From: Gemmatimonadota bacterium
GTDB lineage: Bacteria > Gemmatimonadota > Gemmatimonadetes > Palauibacterales > Palauibacteraceae
Direction of reading: 5' to 3'
Assembly: GCA_965116475.1 (NCBI GenBank)
Contig: OZ220691.1
Location: 2,432,001-2,496,000, forward strand
Length of the DNA: 64,000 nucleotides
Shown here: positions 50,514 to 61,912 of the stretch, piece by piece
Layout of the letters: each line of letters starts with the position of its first letter
Position numbering within the stretch: the stretch's first letter is position 1
The notes under the pieces: generated by a model
The model's database searches: none
What the model was told of the DNA's origin: nothing
The model's input: the letters and a program-made list of their open reading frames with translations, nothing else
Program-made: the position numbers and the translations under genes

Positions 50514-52099
50514 AGGACCTGAAAGAGACCCCGCTGTTCGAAGAACACGTCCGGCTGGGCGGGAAGATCGTGCCGTTCGCCGGCTACGCGATGCCCGTTC
50601 AGTATCCGACCGGCATCAGGGCCGAACACCATGCCGTGCGCGAGAAGGCGGGCCTGTTCGACGTCTCCCACATGGGAGAGTTCCGGGTTCGCGGCGCGGA
50701 CGCGCGGGCGTTCGTGGCTTACGCGACGACGAACGACCCCTCGCGCCTGGAGCCGGGAGACGCCCAGTACAGCGCCATGTGTCACGAGACCGGCGGCGTC
50801 ATCGACGACCTCATCGTCTACTGCATGGGCGAGGCCGATTATCGGCTCGTCGTGAATGCGGCCAACATGGCCAAGGACTGGGCGCACCTGGGCGGGCTCA
50901 CGCAGGGGTTCGACGTGGAGATGACGGACGAGAGCGATGAGATCGCCCTCCTCGCCCTCCAGGGTCCGCTGGCGGAAGTGATGCTTGCGCCCCTGACCGA
51001 CCAGCCGCTGGCCGAGATCGAGTACTACCGGTTCGTGCTCGGCGACGTCGCGGGCGCGCCGTGCGTCATCAGCCGGACCGGATACACGGGGGAGATCGGG
51101 TTCGAACTCTACCTGCCGAACGCGTTCGCGGTGCCGACGTGGCGGGCGCTCGTCGCCGCCGGCGCCGTTCCCACGGGCCTGGGCGCCCGCGACTCGCTCC
51201 GGCTCGAGATGGGCTACGCGCTCTACGGCAACGACGTGGACGACGAGACGACCGCGCTCGAGGCCGGGCTCGGGTGGCTCGTGAAGCACGGAAAGGGCGA
51301 CTTCGTGGGTGCGGAGGCCCTCGCCGCGCAGCGCGCCACCGGCCTCACCCGCAAACTGCGCTTCCTGAGACTGCTCGAGCGGGGCTTCCCCCGGCCGGGC
51401 TACGATGTCCGATTCGAGGGGGAAGCCGTCGGCGTCGTCCGCAGCGGCACGGTGAGTCCTTCCATGGGGTACGGGATCGCGACCGCCTACCTGCCGGTCG
51501 CCGCCGGGTTTGGGGACGCGGTCGAAATCATGATCCGGGGGAAGGCGATCGCGGCCGAGGTCGTCCGCCCGCCCTTCTATCCGCGCGGCTCGCTGCACCG
51601 GATCGCGCCGAGGATCGCCGTCATGACCATCTCCGATGCCGTGCACGCCGGAGAGCGCGAGGACGGTTCCGGGGACCTCATCGGGAAGTGGATTCGGGGG
51701 CGTGCCTACTCGCTGTCCGGCGCGGATGTCGTGCCGTGCGAGAGCGACGCGATCGCCCCGCGCCTCCAGCACTGGTGCGACGTACGGGGGGTCGATGTCG
51801 TGCTCACGACCGGCGGTATCGGGCTCGCGGCGCGCGATGTGACGCCCGAGGCGACGCGCACCGTCATCGAGCGCCACGCACCGGGGATCGCCGAGCTGCT
51901 GCGCCGCGCCGGGGCCGAGTCGACACCGTACGCTGCACTCGGTCGCGGGCTGGCGGGAATCCGCGGTGAGACGCTCGTCATCAATCTGCCCGGCAACCCG
52001 GGCGGCGTCTCCGACGGCCTCGCCGCGCTCGAGTCCGTGATCGACCACGCGGTCGATCTGCTGCGCGGCGAGACCGTGCACGCCTCGCCCGGCGGCTGA
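50510..52099 (+). CDS. gcvT: Glycine cleavage aminomethyltransferase T fused to a MogA/MoaB-like domain
   Basis: FDVSHMG, SRTGYTGE, GARDSLRLEMG, PFY; in-frame C-terminal RIAVMTISD...TTGGIG...RDVTPEA...INLPG. Confidence 0.9.
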
Positions 52100-53754
52100 T
52101 GGCGCGCGTCTTCGTCGACGGGCGCGCGGTGGACGCCGCCATCGCCGTTCGGCAGGCCGTGCAGGCGGACGGACACGAGGTCGAGTTCGTGGAGTCCGTG
52201 CGCGAACTCGAGGGGCGGCTGGGCGGCGCGGCCGACGTCGCGCTCGTCCTTACGGGCCCGCCCGGCGAGTCGCGCGCCGCCGCCATGCGCGGACTGTTCG
52301 AGGCGGAGATTCCGCGACCTCCAGTGCTCGGACTGACGGAGGAGGCCCACCCGGACCAGCGGCGGCAACTGGCACGGTCCTTCGATCTCGACGAGGCGCT
52401 CTCCCTTCCCGTCGATCCCGACGAGATCCGCGTGGTCCTGCAGGCGCATCTAGACCGCTACGACCTCCAACGCCAGACGGGGATCATCGGGCGCACCGAG
52501 GCCGTGCGCGAGATTCTCGAGCGGGTGCACCTGATCGCCCCCGTGATGAGCACCGTCCTCCTCACGGGCGAGAGCGGCACCGGAAAGGAACTCGTGGCGC
52601 GCGCCTTCCACCGGCTGTCCCCCCGGCGCGCCAAGGCCTTCATCGCGGTGAACTGCGCCGCCCTCCCGGAATCACTGCTCGAATCCGAACTGTTCGGGCA
52701 CGAGAAGGGCGCCTTCACCGGAGCGACCTCGCTGCGCCGCGGGATGTTCGAACTCGCCGACGGGGGCACGCTCCTCCTCGACGAGATCGCGGAGATGCCG
52801 CTCCCCACCCAGACGCGGCTCCTGAGGGTCCTCGAGAGCCGCCGCTTCATGAGGGTGGGCGGGGACCACGAGATCCAGGTCAGCGTGCGCGTCGTCGCGG
52901 CCACGAACCGCGACCTCAGGCAGGCGGTCGAAACCGGCGAGTTCCGCCGCGACCTGTACTACCGGCTCAACGTCCTCAACGTCCACGTCCCCCCGCTCCG
53001 CGAGCGGCGCCGCGACATCCCCGTCCTCATCCGCCGTTTCATCTCCGAGTTCAGCCGCCAGCACGACCGGGAGTTCCGCGGACTCGCGCCGGAAGCGCTC
53101 CAGATCCTCCTGGACTACGACTGGCCGGGGAACGTCCGCGAACTCCGCAACCTGATCGAATCCATGGTTGTGCTCGCGCCCGGTTCCGTCATCCGTCCGG
53201 AGGACATCCCGCCCGAGATCCGGTCGGGCGGCGTGAGCCTCGTGCCGTCCCCCACGCGCATCGCGCCTCCGGTCGATGCGGGCGCCGGCGCCGTCCCGAG
53301 TTCACCGCAACTCGCGTTCGTCTTCCGCACCCTCGTCGATCTCAAGGTGGACATCGACGATCTCAAGCGGGAGTTCGAGGCCTACCGGCTGGGCGCTCGC
53401 CGACTCCCTCCGGCCCCCTCCCGGCGCGAGGCGGGGGAGGACATCGAGGACGCGATCGAGATCGACATCACCGACGCGACCGACGCGATCGACGCCACCC
53501 CAGCCGGAGTCGCCTCGCCGGCGGGGGACAGTCCCGAGCCGGAGGACAGCTCCGAGCCGGAGGACAGCCCCGTCCCGGAGGATGCGGACACGATCGCGAT
53601 CCGGCCGGGGATGACGATGGACGAGATCGAGCGCGCGGCGATCATCGCGGTGCTCCGCCAGGCCGGGGGCAACCGCCGCAGGGCCGCGGAGGCGCTCGGC
53701 ATCGGCGAACGCACGATCTACCGCAAGATCCGGAAGTACGGCATCGACGACTAG
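52099..53754 (+). CDS. Sigma54-dependent transcriptional activator
   Basis: GESGTGKE, GAFTGA, WPGNVREL, Fis-type HTH. Confidence 0.93.
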   Translation: MARVFVDGRAVDAAIAVRQAVQADGHEVEFVESVRELEGRLGGAADVALVLTGPPGESRAAAMRGLFEAEIPRPPVLGLTEEAHPDQRRQLARSFDLDEALSLPVDPDEIRVVLQAHLDRYDLQRQTGIIGRTEAVREILERVHLIAPVMSTVLLTGESGTGKELVARAFHRLSPRRAKAFIAVNCAALPESLLESELFGHEKGAFTGATSLRRGMFELADGGTLLLDEIAEMPLPTQTRLLRVLESRRFMRVGGDHEIQVSVRVVAATNRDLRQAVETGEFRRDLYYRLNVLNVHVPPLRERRRDIPVLIRRFISEFSRQHDREFRGLAPEALQILLDYDWPGNVRELRNLIESMVVLAPGSVIRPEDIPPEIRSGGVSLVPSPTRIAPPVDAGAGAVPSSPQLAFVFRTLVDLKVDIDDLKREFEAYRLGARRLPPAPSRREAGEDIEDAIEIDITDATDAIDATPAGVASPAGDSPEPEDSSEPEDSPVPEDADTIAIRPGMTMDEIERAAIIAVLRQAGGNRRRAAEALGIGERTIYRKIRKYGIDD

Positions 53755-53770
53755 CCGCCCGCGGGCCTCG

Positions 53771-54259
53771 TCACTCCGTCGAACCGGCTTCCGCGTGGGC
53801 TTTCAGCCCTCGGGCGACATCGTTGAAGCCGCGGCGCACGAACCCGCCGAAGAGCAGCATCACGAGCGGGATGAGGAGGCCGGAGAAATCGTCCGACGTC
53901 CGATACCGGCAGCGGCCCTCGCCGATGACTTCAAGACGCTGCTCCCGCAGGGCCGAGATCAGGAAACGGTGGCCCATCGTCGTGCTCCAGGCGATGAGGT
54001 GCGGCGGATCGACGGCCTCGATCCGTTCGACCTGCTTCAGCCTCCAGGGTCCCATTCTGACGTACAGTTTGACCGGCGAGCCGATCTCGAAATCCGTGGC
54101 GACCGAAGGCGTGAAAGGGTTCCATTCGCCGTAGCGCTCGAAGTCGGTGAGGATGTCCCACGCCCGTTCGATGGGCGCGTCGATTTCCACCGGTTCCGAG
54201 CGCACGTGTCCCTTGAACCAGGCGACGAACCAGGCGACGCCCCTCCGCTGTGATTTCAC
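53771..54259 (-). CDS. SRPBCC/polyketide cyclase-like protein
   Basis: IDAPIERAWDILTDFERYGEWNPF...LKAHAE. Confidence 0.85.
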   Translation of the reverse strand: MKSQRRGVAWFVAWFKGHVRSEPVEIDAPIERAWDILTDFERYGEWNPFTPSVATDFEIGSPVKLYVRMGPWRLKQVERIEAVDPPHLIAWSTTMGHRFLISALREQRLEVIGEGRCRYRTSDDFSGLLIPLVMLLFGGFVRRGFNDVARGLKAHAEAGSTE

Positions 54260-55278
54260 TCCGCTTCACCCGTGGCGAACCCGCGCGCACCCTCCTCGCC
54301 GGTTCTCGGGTGTCGTGCCAGTAGCGCCTCGCTCTCCCGCCACAGGCGCGCGCCGGCGGCGGCGTTCATGGCCGGCGCGGACATCTCCTTCTCCCGCATC
54401 AGGTGCAGATAGACTCCGCTGCGCCGACCCATGTCCTCCGCGCAGCAGGCATGGGTCACGGGCGCCACCGCCCTGTGCGGCGCCGCGAAGAGCAGGCGTT
54501 TCGCCGGGTGGAGCAGGGGCTTCAGCCACCACGGCGCCTCCCGCATCAGGTCGGAGTCGACCGCTCCCGGGCACAGCGAGTTCACGGCGATCCGCACTTC
54601 TCCCCCCGGGTTCAGCCGGCGCGACAGCTCCTGCGCATAGGTGCACAGGTGCAGCTTGCTCAGCGCATAGTACTTCAGCCCGTCCTTCAGCCCGTAGTCG
54701 GCAAAGGCGCCGAAGTCGTCGAAGTCGATCAAATCGGCGGCTCGATGCGTTTCGGACACGATGAAGACGATTCTGGGGATCTCTCCATTGCGGTCGCCCG
54801 GCCGGACGATGCCGTCCGCCAGGAGTCGGTCGACGAGTACGCGGTTGGCCAGGAAATGAACCGCGAACATCAACTCGTAGCCCTGGGCCGACCTGCGTGC
54901 CTTCGCCGGCATCACGCCGGCGTTGAGGACGAGGACGTCCACCCTGCGGCGCTCGCGCCGGAGCCGGTCGCAGAGCGCGTGTACGGAGTCGAAGTCGGCG
55001 AGATCGACGCGAAGCATGTCGACCGTGTCGGAACCCGCGAGCCGCCTGACGTCTTCACCCGCTTCGGGATGTCCACCGCGGCAGGCCATGAGCACTTCGG
55101 CGCCGCGTTTCGCCAGGTCGACCGCCACGGCCCTCCCCAGCCCCCGGTTGGCCCCCGTGACCAGGCAGACCTTTCCGTCGAGGCGGACGCGCTCCGGGAC
55201 CGGGCTCAGCGTGGGGCGCTGGACGAAACGATCGACGACCCCGCTGGCGAAGGCCCTCAACTTCCGGTTGTACTTCAC
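54256..55278 (-). CDS. Short-chain dehydrogenase (retinol dehydrogenase-like)
   Basis: TGANRGLG, LNAG, YALSK. Confidence 0.9.
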   Translation of the reverse strand: MKYNRKLRAFASGVVDRFVQRPTLSPVPERVRLDGKVCLVTGANRGLGRAVAVDLAKRGAEVLMACRGGHPEAGEDVRRLAGSDTVDMLRVDLADFDSVHALCDRLRRERRRVDVLVLNAGVMPAKARRSAQGYELMFAVHFLANRVLVDRLLADGIVRPGDRNGEIPRIVFIVSETHRAADLIDFDDFGAFADYGLKDGLKYYALSKLHLCTYAQELSRRLNPGGEVRIAVNSLCPGAVDSDLMREAPWWLKPLLHPAKRLLFAAPHRAVAPVTHACCAEDMGRRSGVYLHLMREKEMSAPAMNAAAGARLWRESEALLARHPRTGEEGARGFATGEAE

Positions 55279-56540
55279 GTGACGGCCTCGTCCGGGATCC
55301 GGTACTCGCGCCGGTAGGCGGCGGAGTATCCATCAATCGTCTCGTCGTCGAGACCGAAGCTGGCCGGCGAGTAGACGTGCCTCCCGTGGCCGTCCCCCCC
55401 GCTTCGTTCGGAGACGTTTCTCGCGGCGTCCGCGGCTTCCTCCGTGAAGTCGATCCCCGCGGCTCCGTAGATCCGGCGCAACTCGCCGAGCGGGTCCGCG
55501 ATCAGGTCGTAGAACGATACATCGATGAACACGCCGTCGTCGGCGCTTCGTCGCACGCCCATGGAGCGCGCCATCATCCGGCGGATCTTCCTCATCCAGT
55601 GCGCCCCGATCTCCCCCGGATCCACATCGTCGCTGAAGATGCCGCGCCCGTGCGCCACCATGCTGCAGAACGATGGCACCGACTTCTTCGGGTCGCGATG
55701 GGTCTGGATGATGCGCACGTCGGGAAAGACGTCGAGGATGACGTCCAAATACTCCATGTGATGCGGCGACTTCAGCACCCAGCGGTCGCCCGGCCGTTGC
55801 CAGTGCAGGATCTTCAGCATCGTGCGCAGGTACGCGTAGCACCTTGTGTGGTCCCGGGCTTCAAGCCAGCGTGAGTAGCTCGGCACGTGCATCGCCGCTT
55901 CCGGCGCCTGGCTCATGAAAGAGAGGTCGAGCAGCAGGACGTCCTCCTCCGGCGCATCCCAGGCCATGGGGTGGACGGCGCGGAAATCGGGCGCCAAAAA
56001 CCCGATCGCCCGCGCGGCGCGCTTCGCCTGCCGCATGCGCCGCCGCGGCGCCCCCGGCCCTTCGTCCTCGAGAGGCACGGGGCTGAGGACTTCCCACGCG
56101 CGCAGGGCGCGAATGCCCGGGTCCGCGGCAAGCAACCGGTGCAGCGTCGTCGTCGCGGTGCGCTGCAGGCCCGCGATGAGGAGGATTCGCCCAGGATCCA
56201 CGTCGAGAATCTCCGGGTGTTCCCCGAGCAACTTCTCCGCGCGCAGCCGGACCGCCAGGGCCGACACGATCCGTGCGCGCTGGATCGTCACGCCGAGTGG
56301 CGTCAGCCGAGCCTCCGTATTGATCGATTCGACGAGCATCTCGAGGGGTTCCAGGAACCACTCGTCGCCGAAGTCGGAGAGTCCCGTCCTTCGCCTCGCG
56401 GCGGCGATCATGCGGCCGACGTCGAGGGGGCCGCCGAGGGGAGCGCCGAGGCCGAGCCTCCGGGCCGCGCGCGCCGCCCGGTTGAAGAGGGAAACGGCCA
56501 GGGGGCGGTGCGGCCTGCGGTACTCCGTCGAGGTCCGCAT
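55275..56540 (-). CDS. Sulfotransferase family protein
   Basis: AGLQRTATTTLH, WVLKSPHH, THRDP. Confidence 0.85.
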   Translation of the reverse strand: MRTSTEYRRPHRPLAVSLFNRAARAARRLGLGAPLGGPLDVGRMIAAARRRTGLSDFGDEWFLEPLEMLVESINTEARLTPLGVTIQRARIVSALAVRLRAEKLLGEHPEILDVDPGRILLIAGLQRTATTTLHRLLAADPGIRALRAWEVLSPVPLEDEGPGAPRRRMRQAKRAARAIGFLAPDFRAVHPMAWDAPEEDVLLLDLSFMSQAPEAAMHVPSYSRWLEARDHTRCYAYLRTMLKILHWQRPGDRWVLKSPHHMEYLDVILDVFPDVRIIQTHRDPKKSVPSFCSMVAHGRGIFSDDVDPGEIGAHWMRKIRRMMARSMGVRRSADDGVFIDVSFYDLIADPLGELRRIYGAAGIDFTEEAADAARNVSERSGGDGHGRHVYSPASFGLDDETIDGYSAAYRREYRIPDEAVT

Positions 56541-56560
56541 CGGGCGGTCGTCCGCCTCGC

Positions 56561-57757
56561 CTACGCCTCGCGGAGTCCGCGCAGTTCCGAGAGCTTCACG
56601 AGCCGCGTTCGCGGCTGCGGATGCTCCTTCGCCCTCACCCAGCGAAAACACATCGTCCCCGACGTGTGACCCGCCGTCTCCAGCCAGTTCGGGAGCCCGG
56701 GATCCTCATGCGCGACGACAAGGCAGATGGAACCATCTTCTTGATGGTGCGCGAGGTGCTTGTTCGTGTGGATGGTGTGATAGCGGTAGTCCAGCGACTC
56801 CATCCAGTAGTTGTTCAGTTGAAAGTTCCAGTGCTCGCACTCGGGCGGCATCGCTTCGATGAGGAGCGCTTCGTCGTCGGCTATGGCCCAGTGGCTGTGG
56901 TAGTAGACGATGTTCGGGTCGCCGCCCGCCTGAAGCGACACGTCCGGATCGAACATGGGCAGCGTGTTCGAGTGTCTCCGGAAGCCCCGCGCCCAGTTCG
57001 CGAACAGCATGGCCGCGCCCGCCACCAGTGTGCCGGCGGACTTCAGTCCCTCGTCGAGCTGCTCCGGCGTGAGCGGGCGGGGTTGCCTCTCGTCCTCGGC
57101 GCACCCGATGCGCTCGATGTGAAGTTCGGCCGGCGTCTCGGACTCCCGGTCCAGGAAGGTCTGGCGCACGATCAGCGTGCGGCTCTCGGCCGTCATCGGC
57201 AGCCAGTTCCCGTCGCGGCGCCGACTGCTGACGATGAGTTCGAAGGTCCCGTCCTCGCCGATCTCGATCTCGCCGGCCTCGACATGGCCGGTGGGGGGCA
57301 GCCCCCCGCTCTGCCCGTAGTGGCCGGCCTGCGTGCCGAAGCTCAGGTAGGTCACGGTGTTGCGCCGCCCGGAGATCCGGTACTCCAGGTCGCCGTGAAT
57401 CGCGGCCGTCTGATAGTAGTTGTCGGGGTTGTCGCTCCCCAGCTTCACCGTCTCGTGGGCCACGCGGTGCAGCACGGGCGCCCGCGGGTCGGCGTGTTCC
57501 ACGAAGGCCATGAGTCCCCCGCGGGCCAGACGGCTCAGATACCGATATCCCTCCGCCTGGTTGAACGGATCGCGGGGCGCGCCGGGGAAGGTCAGCGCGG
57601 CCCCTGCCGCCTTCAGCGTGTCACAGAATTCGTCCCACGCCTTGCCGCTGACGACGCGTTGCGCGGCGGCATCCCCCGGCGTCCGGCGCCGCAGCGTCTG
57701 CGCCGCGAGCGACAGGCGCCGAAAGAGCCCGAGCAGTCCGATGACGAACGTTCTCAT
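56561..57757 (-). CDS. DUF1214-like protein
   Basis: AEGYRYL, GSDNPDNYY, LIVRQTF, WMESLDY, NWLETAGH..G. Confidence 0.7.
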   Translation of the reverse strand: MRTFVIGLLGLFRRLSLAAQTLRRRTPGDAAAQRVVSGKAWDEFCDTLKAAGAALTFPGAPRDPFNQAEGYRYLSRLARGGLMAFVEHADPRAPVLHRVAHETVKLGSDNPDNYYQTAAIHGDLEYRISGRRNTVTYLSFGTQAGHYGQSGGLPPTGHVEAGEIEIGEDGTFELIVSSRRRDGNWLPMTAESRTLIVRQTFLDRESETPAELHIERIGCAEDERQPRPLTPEQLDEGLKSAGTLVAGAAMLFANWARGFRRHSNTLPMFDPDVSLQAGGDPNIVYYHSHWAIADDEALLIEAMPPECEHWNFQLNNYWMESLDYRYHTIHTNKHLAHHQEDGSICLVVAHEDPGLPNWLETAGHTSGTMCFRWVRAKEHPQPRTRLVKLSELRGLREA

Positions 57758-57824
57758 CGCGTCTCCCCTCCGCCCGTCCCGCGGCCTCGATATCCGTCGT
57801 GCGCCGGGCGACGAGTCGGATCGG

Positions 57825-58445
57825 CTAGCCGGTCTCCGCTTCGGCGAGGAGGGCGGCGACGCTCTCCCGCAGGGTATCGACGCCGGCGCCGGTGCGCGCG
57901 GACGTCTCGACGAGCTGATCCGCATCGAGTTCGAGCGCTGCGCGCAGCTTGACCATCGCCCGCCGACGCCCGGACCGGTTCAGCTTGTCCGTCTTCGTGA
58001 GCGCGAACAGCGTCGGCGTCCCCGTCGATCCCAGGAACTCGACCATCCGCTCGTCGTCGTCCGTGAGTCCGCGGCGTGCGTCCACGAGCAGCACGAGCCC
58101 GAGTAGCTTCGGCGTCCGGCGCAGATATCCGTCGATCAGCCGGCCCCACTTCTCCCGCACGGTCTTCGGCGCCTTCGCGAACCCGTATCCGGGAAGATCG
58201 ACGAGCATATAGCGGTCGTCGACCAGGAAGAAGTTGATCTCGCGCGTGCGCCCGGGCTGCTTCGAGGTGCGGGCGAGGCTCTTCCGCCCCACCAGCCGGT
58301 TGAGCAACGAGGACTTGCCGACGTTCGAGCGCCCGGCGATGGCGATCTGAGGGAGGTCGCGCGGCGGTTTCTGGCCGGCCGCGCCGACCGCGCCGACGAA
58401 CTCGACGGTCCTGACCCACGCGACGCCCCCGTCCGCCGCCGGCAC
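57825..58445 (-). CDS. engB: GTPase EngB/YihA
   Basis: GRSNVGKSS, PGRT, DLPGYG, TKTDK. Confidence 0.93.
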   Translation of the reverse strand: MPAADGGVAWVRTVEFVGAVGAAGQKPPRDLPQIAIAGRSNVGKSSLLNRLVGRKSLARTSKQPGRTREINFFLVDDRYMLVDLPGYGFAKAPKTVREKWGRLIDGYLRRTPKLLGLVLLVDARRGLTDDDERMVEFLGSTGTPTLFALTKTDKLNRSGRRRAMVKLRAALELDADQLVETSARTGAGVDTLRESVAALLAEAETG

Positions 58446-58449
58446 GGGG

Positions 58450-59697
<1,248 letters not shown>

Positions 59698-59733
59698 CGT
59701 CGCCTCCCCTCGGTCCCTCGGGTTTGCCCGGCG

Positions 59734-60369
59734 CTACTTTGTTACGGCAGGGCCGGGTCGGCCGTTCTTGCCGTCGACCTCCGCCTCGCGCGCGACCACC
59801 AGGTCGATGAGCCCGTAGTCCCGCGCTTCCTCCGGGGACATGAAGCGGTCGCGGTCGACATCCTCCGCGATCCGATCGAGGTCCTGCCCGGTGTGTTCGG
59901 CGAGAATCCCGTTCAGCCGCTCGCGGGCGTTCAGGATTTCCTTCGCCTGGATCTCGATGTCCGCCGCCGTCCCGTAGGAGCCGCCGGAAGGCTGGTGGAT
60001 CATGATCCGCGCGTTCGGCAGCGAGCGCCGCCTGCCGGGCGTGCCGGCGGCGAGCAGGAACGCTCCCATCGACGCAGCCATCCCCATGCACATCGTCGCC
60101 ACCGGGGCGTTCAGGAACTGCATCGTGTCGTAGATCGCGAGACCCGCCTGGACGCTTCCCCCCGGCGAGTTGATGTAGATGTTGATCTCGCGCTCCGGGT
60201 TGTCCGCCTCCAGGAAGAGCAACTGGGCGATCACCACGTTCGCCACATCGTCGTTGATTGGAGCCCCGAGGAAGACGATCCGGTCCATGAGGAGACGCGA
60301 GAAGATGTCGTACGTGCGTTCCCCGCGGCTCGACCGTTCGATGACGTACGGTGCAAATATCGTGCTCAA
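59734..60369 (-). CDS. clpP: Clp protease proteolytic subunit
   Basis: [24 protein letters not shown]. Confidence 0.97.
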   Translation of the reverse strand: MSTIFAPYVIERSSRGERTYDIFSRLLMDRIVFLGAPINDDVANVVIAQLLFLEADNPEREINIYINSPGGSVQAGLAIYDTMQFLNAPVATMCMGMAASMGAFLLAAGTPGRRRSLPNARIMIHQPSGGSYGTAADIEIQAKEILNARERLNGILAEHTGQDLDRIAEDVDRDRFMSPEEARDYGLIDLVVAREAEVDGKNGRPGPAVTK

Positions 60370-60399
60370 ATCAGTCCCTCACGTAGTTTGCGAAGCCCA

Positions 60400-61668
60400 T
60401 CAGCTCACGTCCGAGCCGTCGATCAGAAACCGGAACGCCTTGTCGATGGCAAAACGGCGGCGGAGCGGGTCGAGCTGCTTCTCCCTTGCGAGCTCCCGGC
60501 GTACCTCCACCAGGCTCTTGCCCCGCGCCTTCCCCAGTTCCGACAGGCGCTCGTCGAATTCCTCGCTCGACAGATCGAGCCCCTGGTCCTCGATGAGTCG
60601 CTCGAGCACCAGATCCCGCTTGATCTGACGCTCCACCTGAGGGGCCACGGACTTGCGGGCCTCCTCGACCTGCTCGGGATCCGCTCCCTCGGGGGCGTCG
60701 ATCACCCGGTCAAGATAACGCGACGTGAGACTCGGCGGCACCTCGAAGGCGTTGGCTTCGATCACCGCGTCGAGGAGTCGTTCTCCGACCTCCTCGTCCG
60801 CCTGACGTTCACCCCGCGCCTGGAGTTCCTTTCCCACCGCTTCGCGAAGTTCTCCCAGCGTCCCGAAACTCCCGATCTCGCTCGCGAACTCGTCCGTAAG
60901 GTCCGGCAGCTCGCTGGCACGGACGTCGTCGAGGCGGATCTGCAGCGACCGGGTGGTTCCCGCGAGTTCCTCGGCCCCGAAGTCATCCGGGTAGGAGACG
61001 GTGAACGTGCCTTCCTCGCCGGGCGCCAGCGCGAGGATCGCGTTTTCGACATCCGGAATCGCGTAGCCCGCGCCCAACTCGAACCGATACGGTTTCTCCG
61101 CGCCGTCATCTCCGTCGTGTTCCCTGATCGCCACGGCGACGACGTCGCCGTTCCGCGGCGCCCGGTCCACGGGCTGGAGCACCGCGTTTTCCTTCCGGAT
61201 GTTCTCGATGACCTCGTCGACGTCCGCATCCTCGACCGCCACCTCGCGCCGCTTGATCCGGAACCCTCCGGTCCGCGCAAGCTCGATGGCCGGCATCACT
61301 TCCACGTCGATGCGGAACGAGAGCCGCTCCCCCGGCTGGTAATCGAGTTCGCTGACCACGGGTTCCCCGATCGTGGAGAGGTCGTGCCGCTGCACGGCGT
61401 CCCGAAACGCCCGGTTGACGAGCGCATCGACCGTCCGTTCGTCGATGAGGGGACCGTAGCGTTCCTCGACGATCCGCACCGGGACCTTCCCCTTCCGGAA
61501 TCCCTTGATGCGGGTCGTCTTCCGGATCCTGGCGGCTTCCCGGCGACGCGTTGCCGCCACCTGCGCGGGGTCCACGGACACGTCGAGGCGGCGCAGGTAA
61601 TCGTTCTCCTGCTTGATCGCGACGTCGAACGGATCCGTCGCGGCGGCTTGTGAGTCGGCTGCGCTCAA
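60400..61668 (-). CDS. tig: Trigger factor
   Basis: GFRKGKVP motif; tig-clpP-clpX order; start placed at TTG 61668 because the longer ORF overlaps the tRNA. Confidence 0.92.
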   Translation of the reverse strand: MSAADSQAAATDPFDVAIKQENDYLRRLDVSVDPAQVAATRRREAARIRKTTRIKGFRKGKVPVRIVEERYGPLIDERTVDALVNRAFRDAVQRHDLSTIGEPVVSELDYQPGERLSFRIDVEVMPAIELARTGGFRIKRREVAVEDADVDEVIENIRKENAVLQPVDRAPRNGDVVAVAIREHDGDDGAEKPYRFELGAGYAIPDVENAILALAPGEEGTFTVSYPDDFGAEELAGTTRSLQIRLDDVRASELPDLTDEFASEIGSFGTLGELREAVGKELQARGERQADEEVGERLLDAVIEANAFEVPPSLTSRYLDRVIDAPEGADPEQVEEARKSVAPQVERQIKRDLVLERLIEDQGLDLSSEEFDERLSELGKARGKSLVEVRRELAREKQLDPLRRRFAIDKAFRFLIDGSDVS

Positions 61669-61727
61669 GGTCGGTATGGCTCCCGCTCGTGTCTGCACAC
61701 GATTTACGGCACGAAGTGCGAAAGGAG

Positions 61728-61810
61728 TGCGAAAGGGGGGACTCGAACCCCCACGGCCAAGGGCCACCAGCTCCTAAGGCTGGCGCGTCTGCCAATTCCG
61801 CCACTTTCGC
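61728..61810 (-). tRNA. tRNA-Leu (anticodon TAG)
   Basis: GCGAAAG acceptor stem, TGGCGGAATTGGCAGACG D arm, CCAGC-CTTAGGA-GCTGG anticodon arm, long variable arm, GGTTCGAGTCC; CCA not encoded. Confidence 0.96.
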
Positions 61811-61912
61811 GCGACTCCGCCAGGTCGAACGCGGCGCCGGATTGGCCGGGAATCTCGGCACCGGCTGGAACGGGGGCAAGCAGGAACCCCCGCTCCGCCG
61901 GCGTCCCGCGGA

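Noticed and set aside
61669..61767. N-terminal extension of tig in the ORF track
   Set aside because: Overlaps tRNA-Leu; a downstream TTG with a GGGAG upstream is more plausible.
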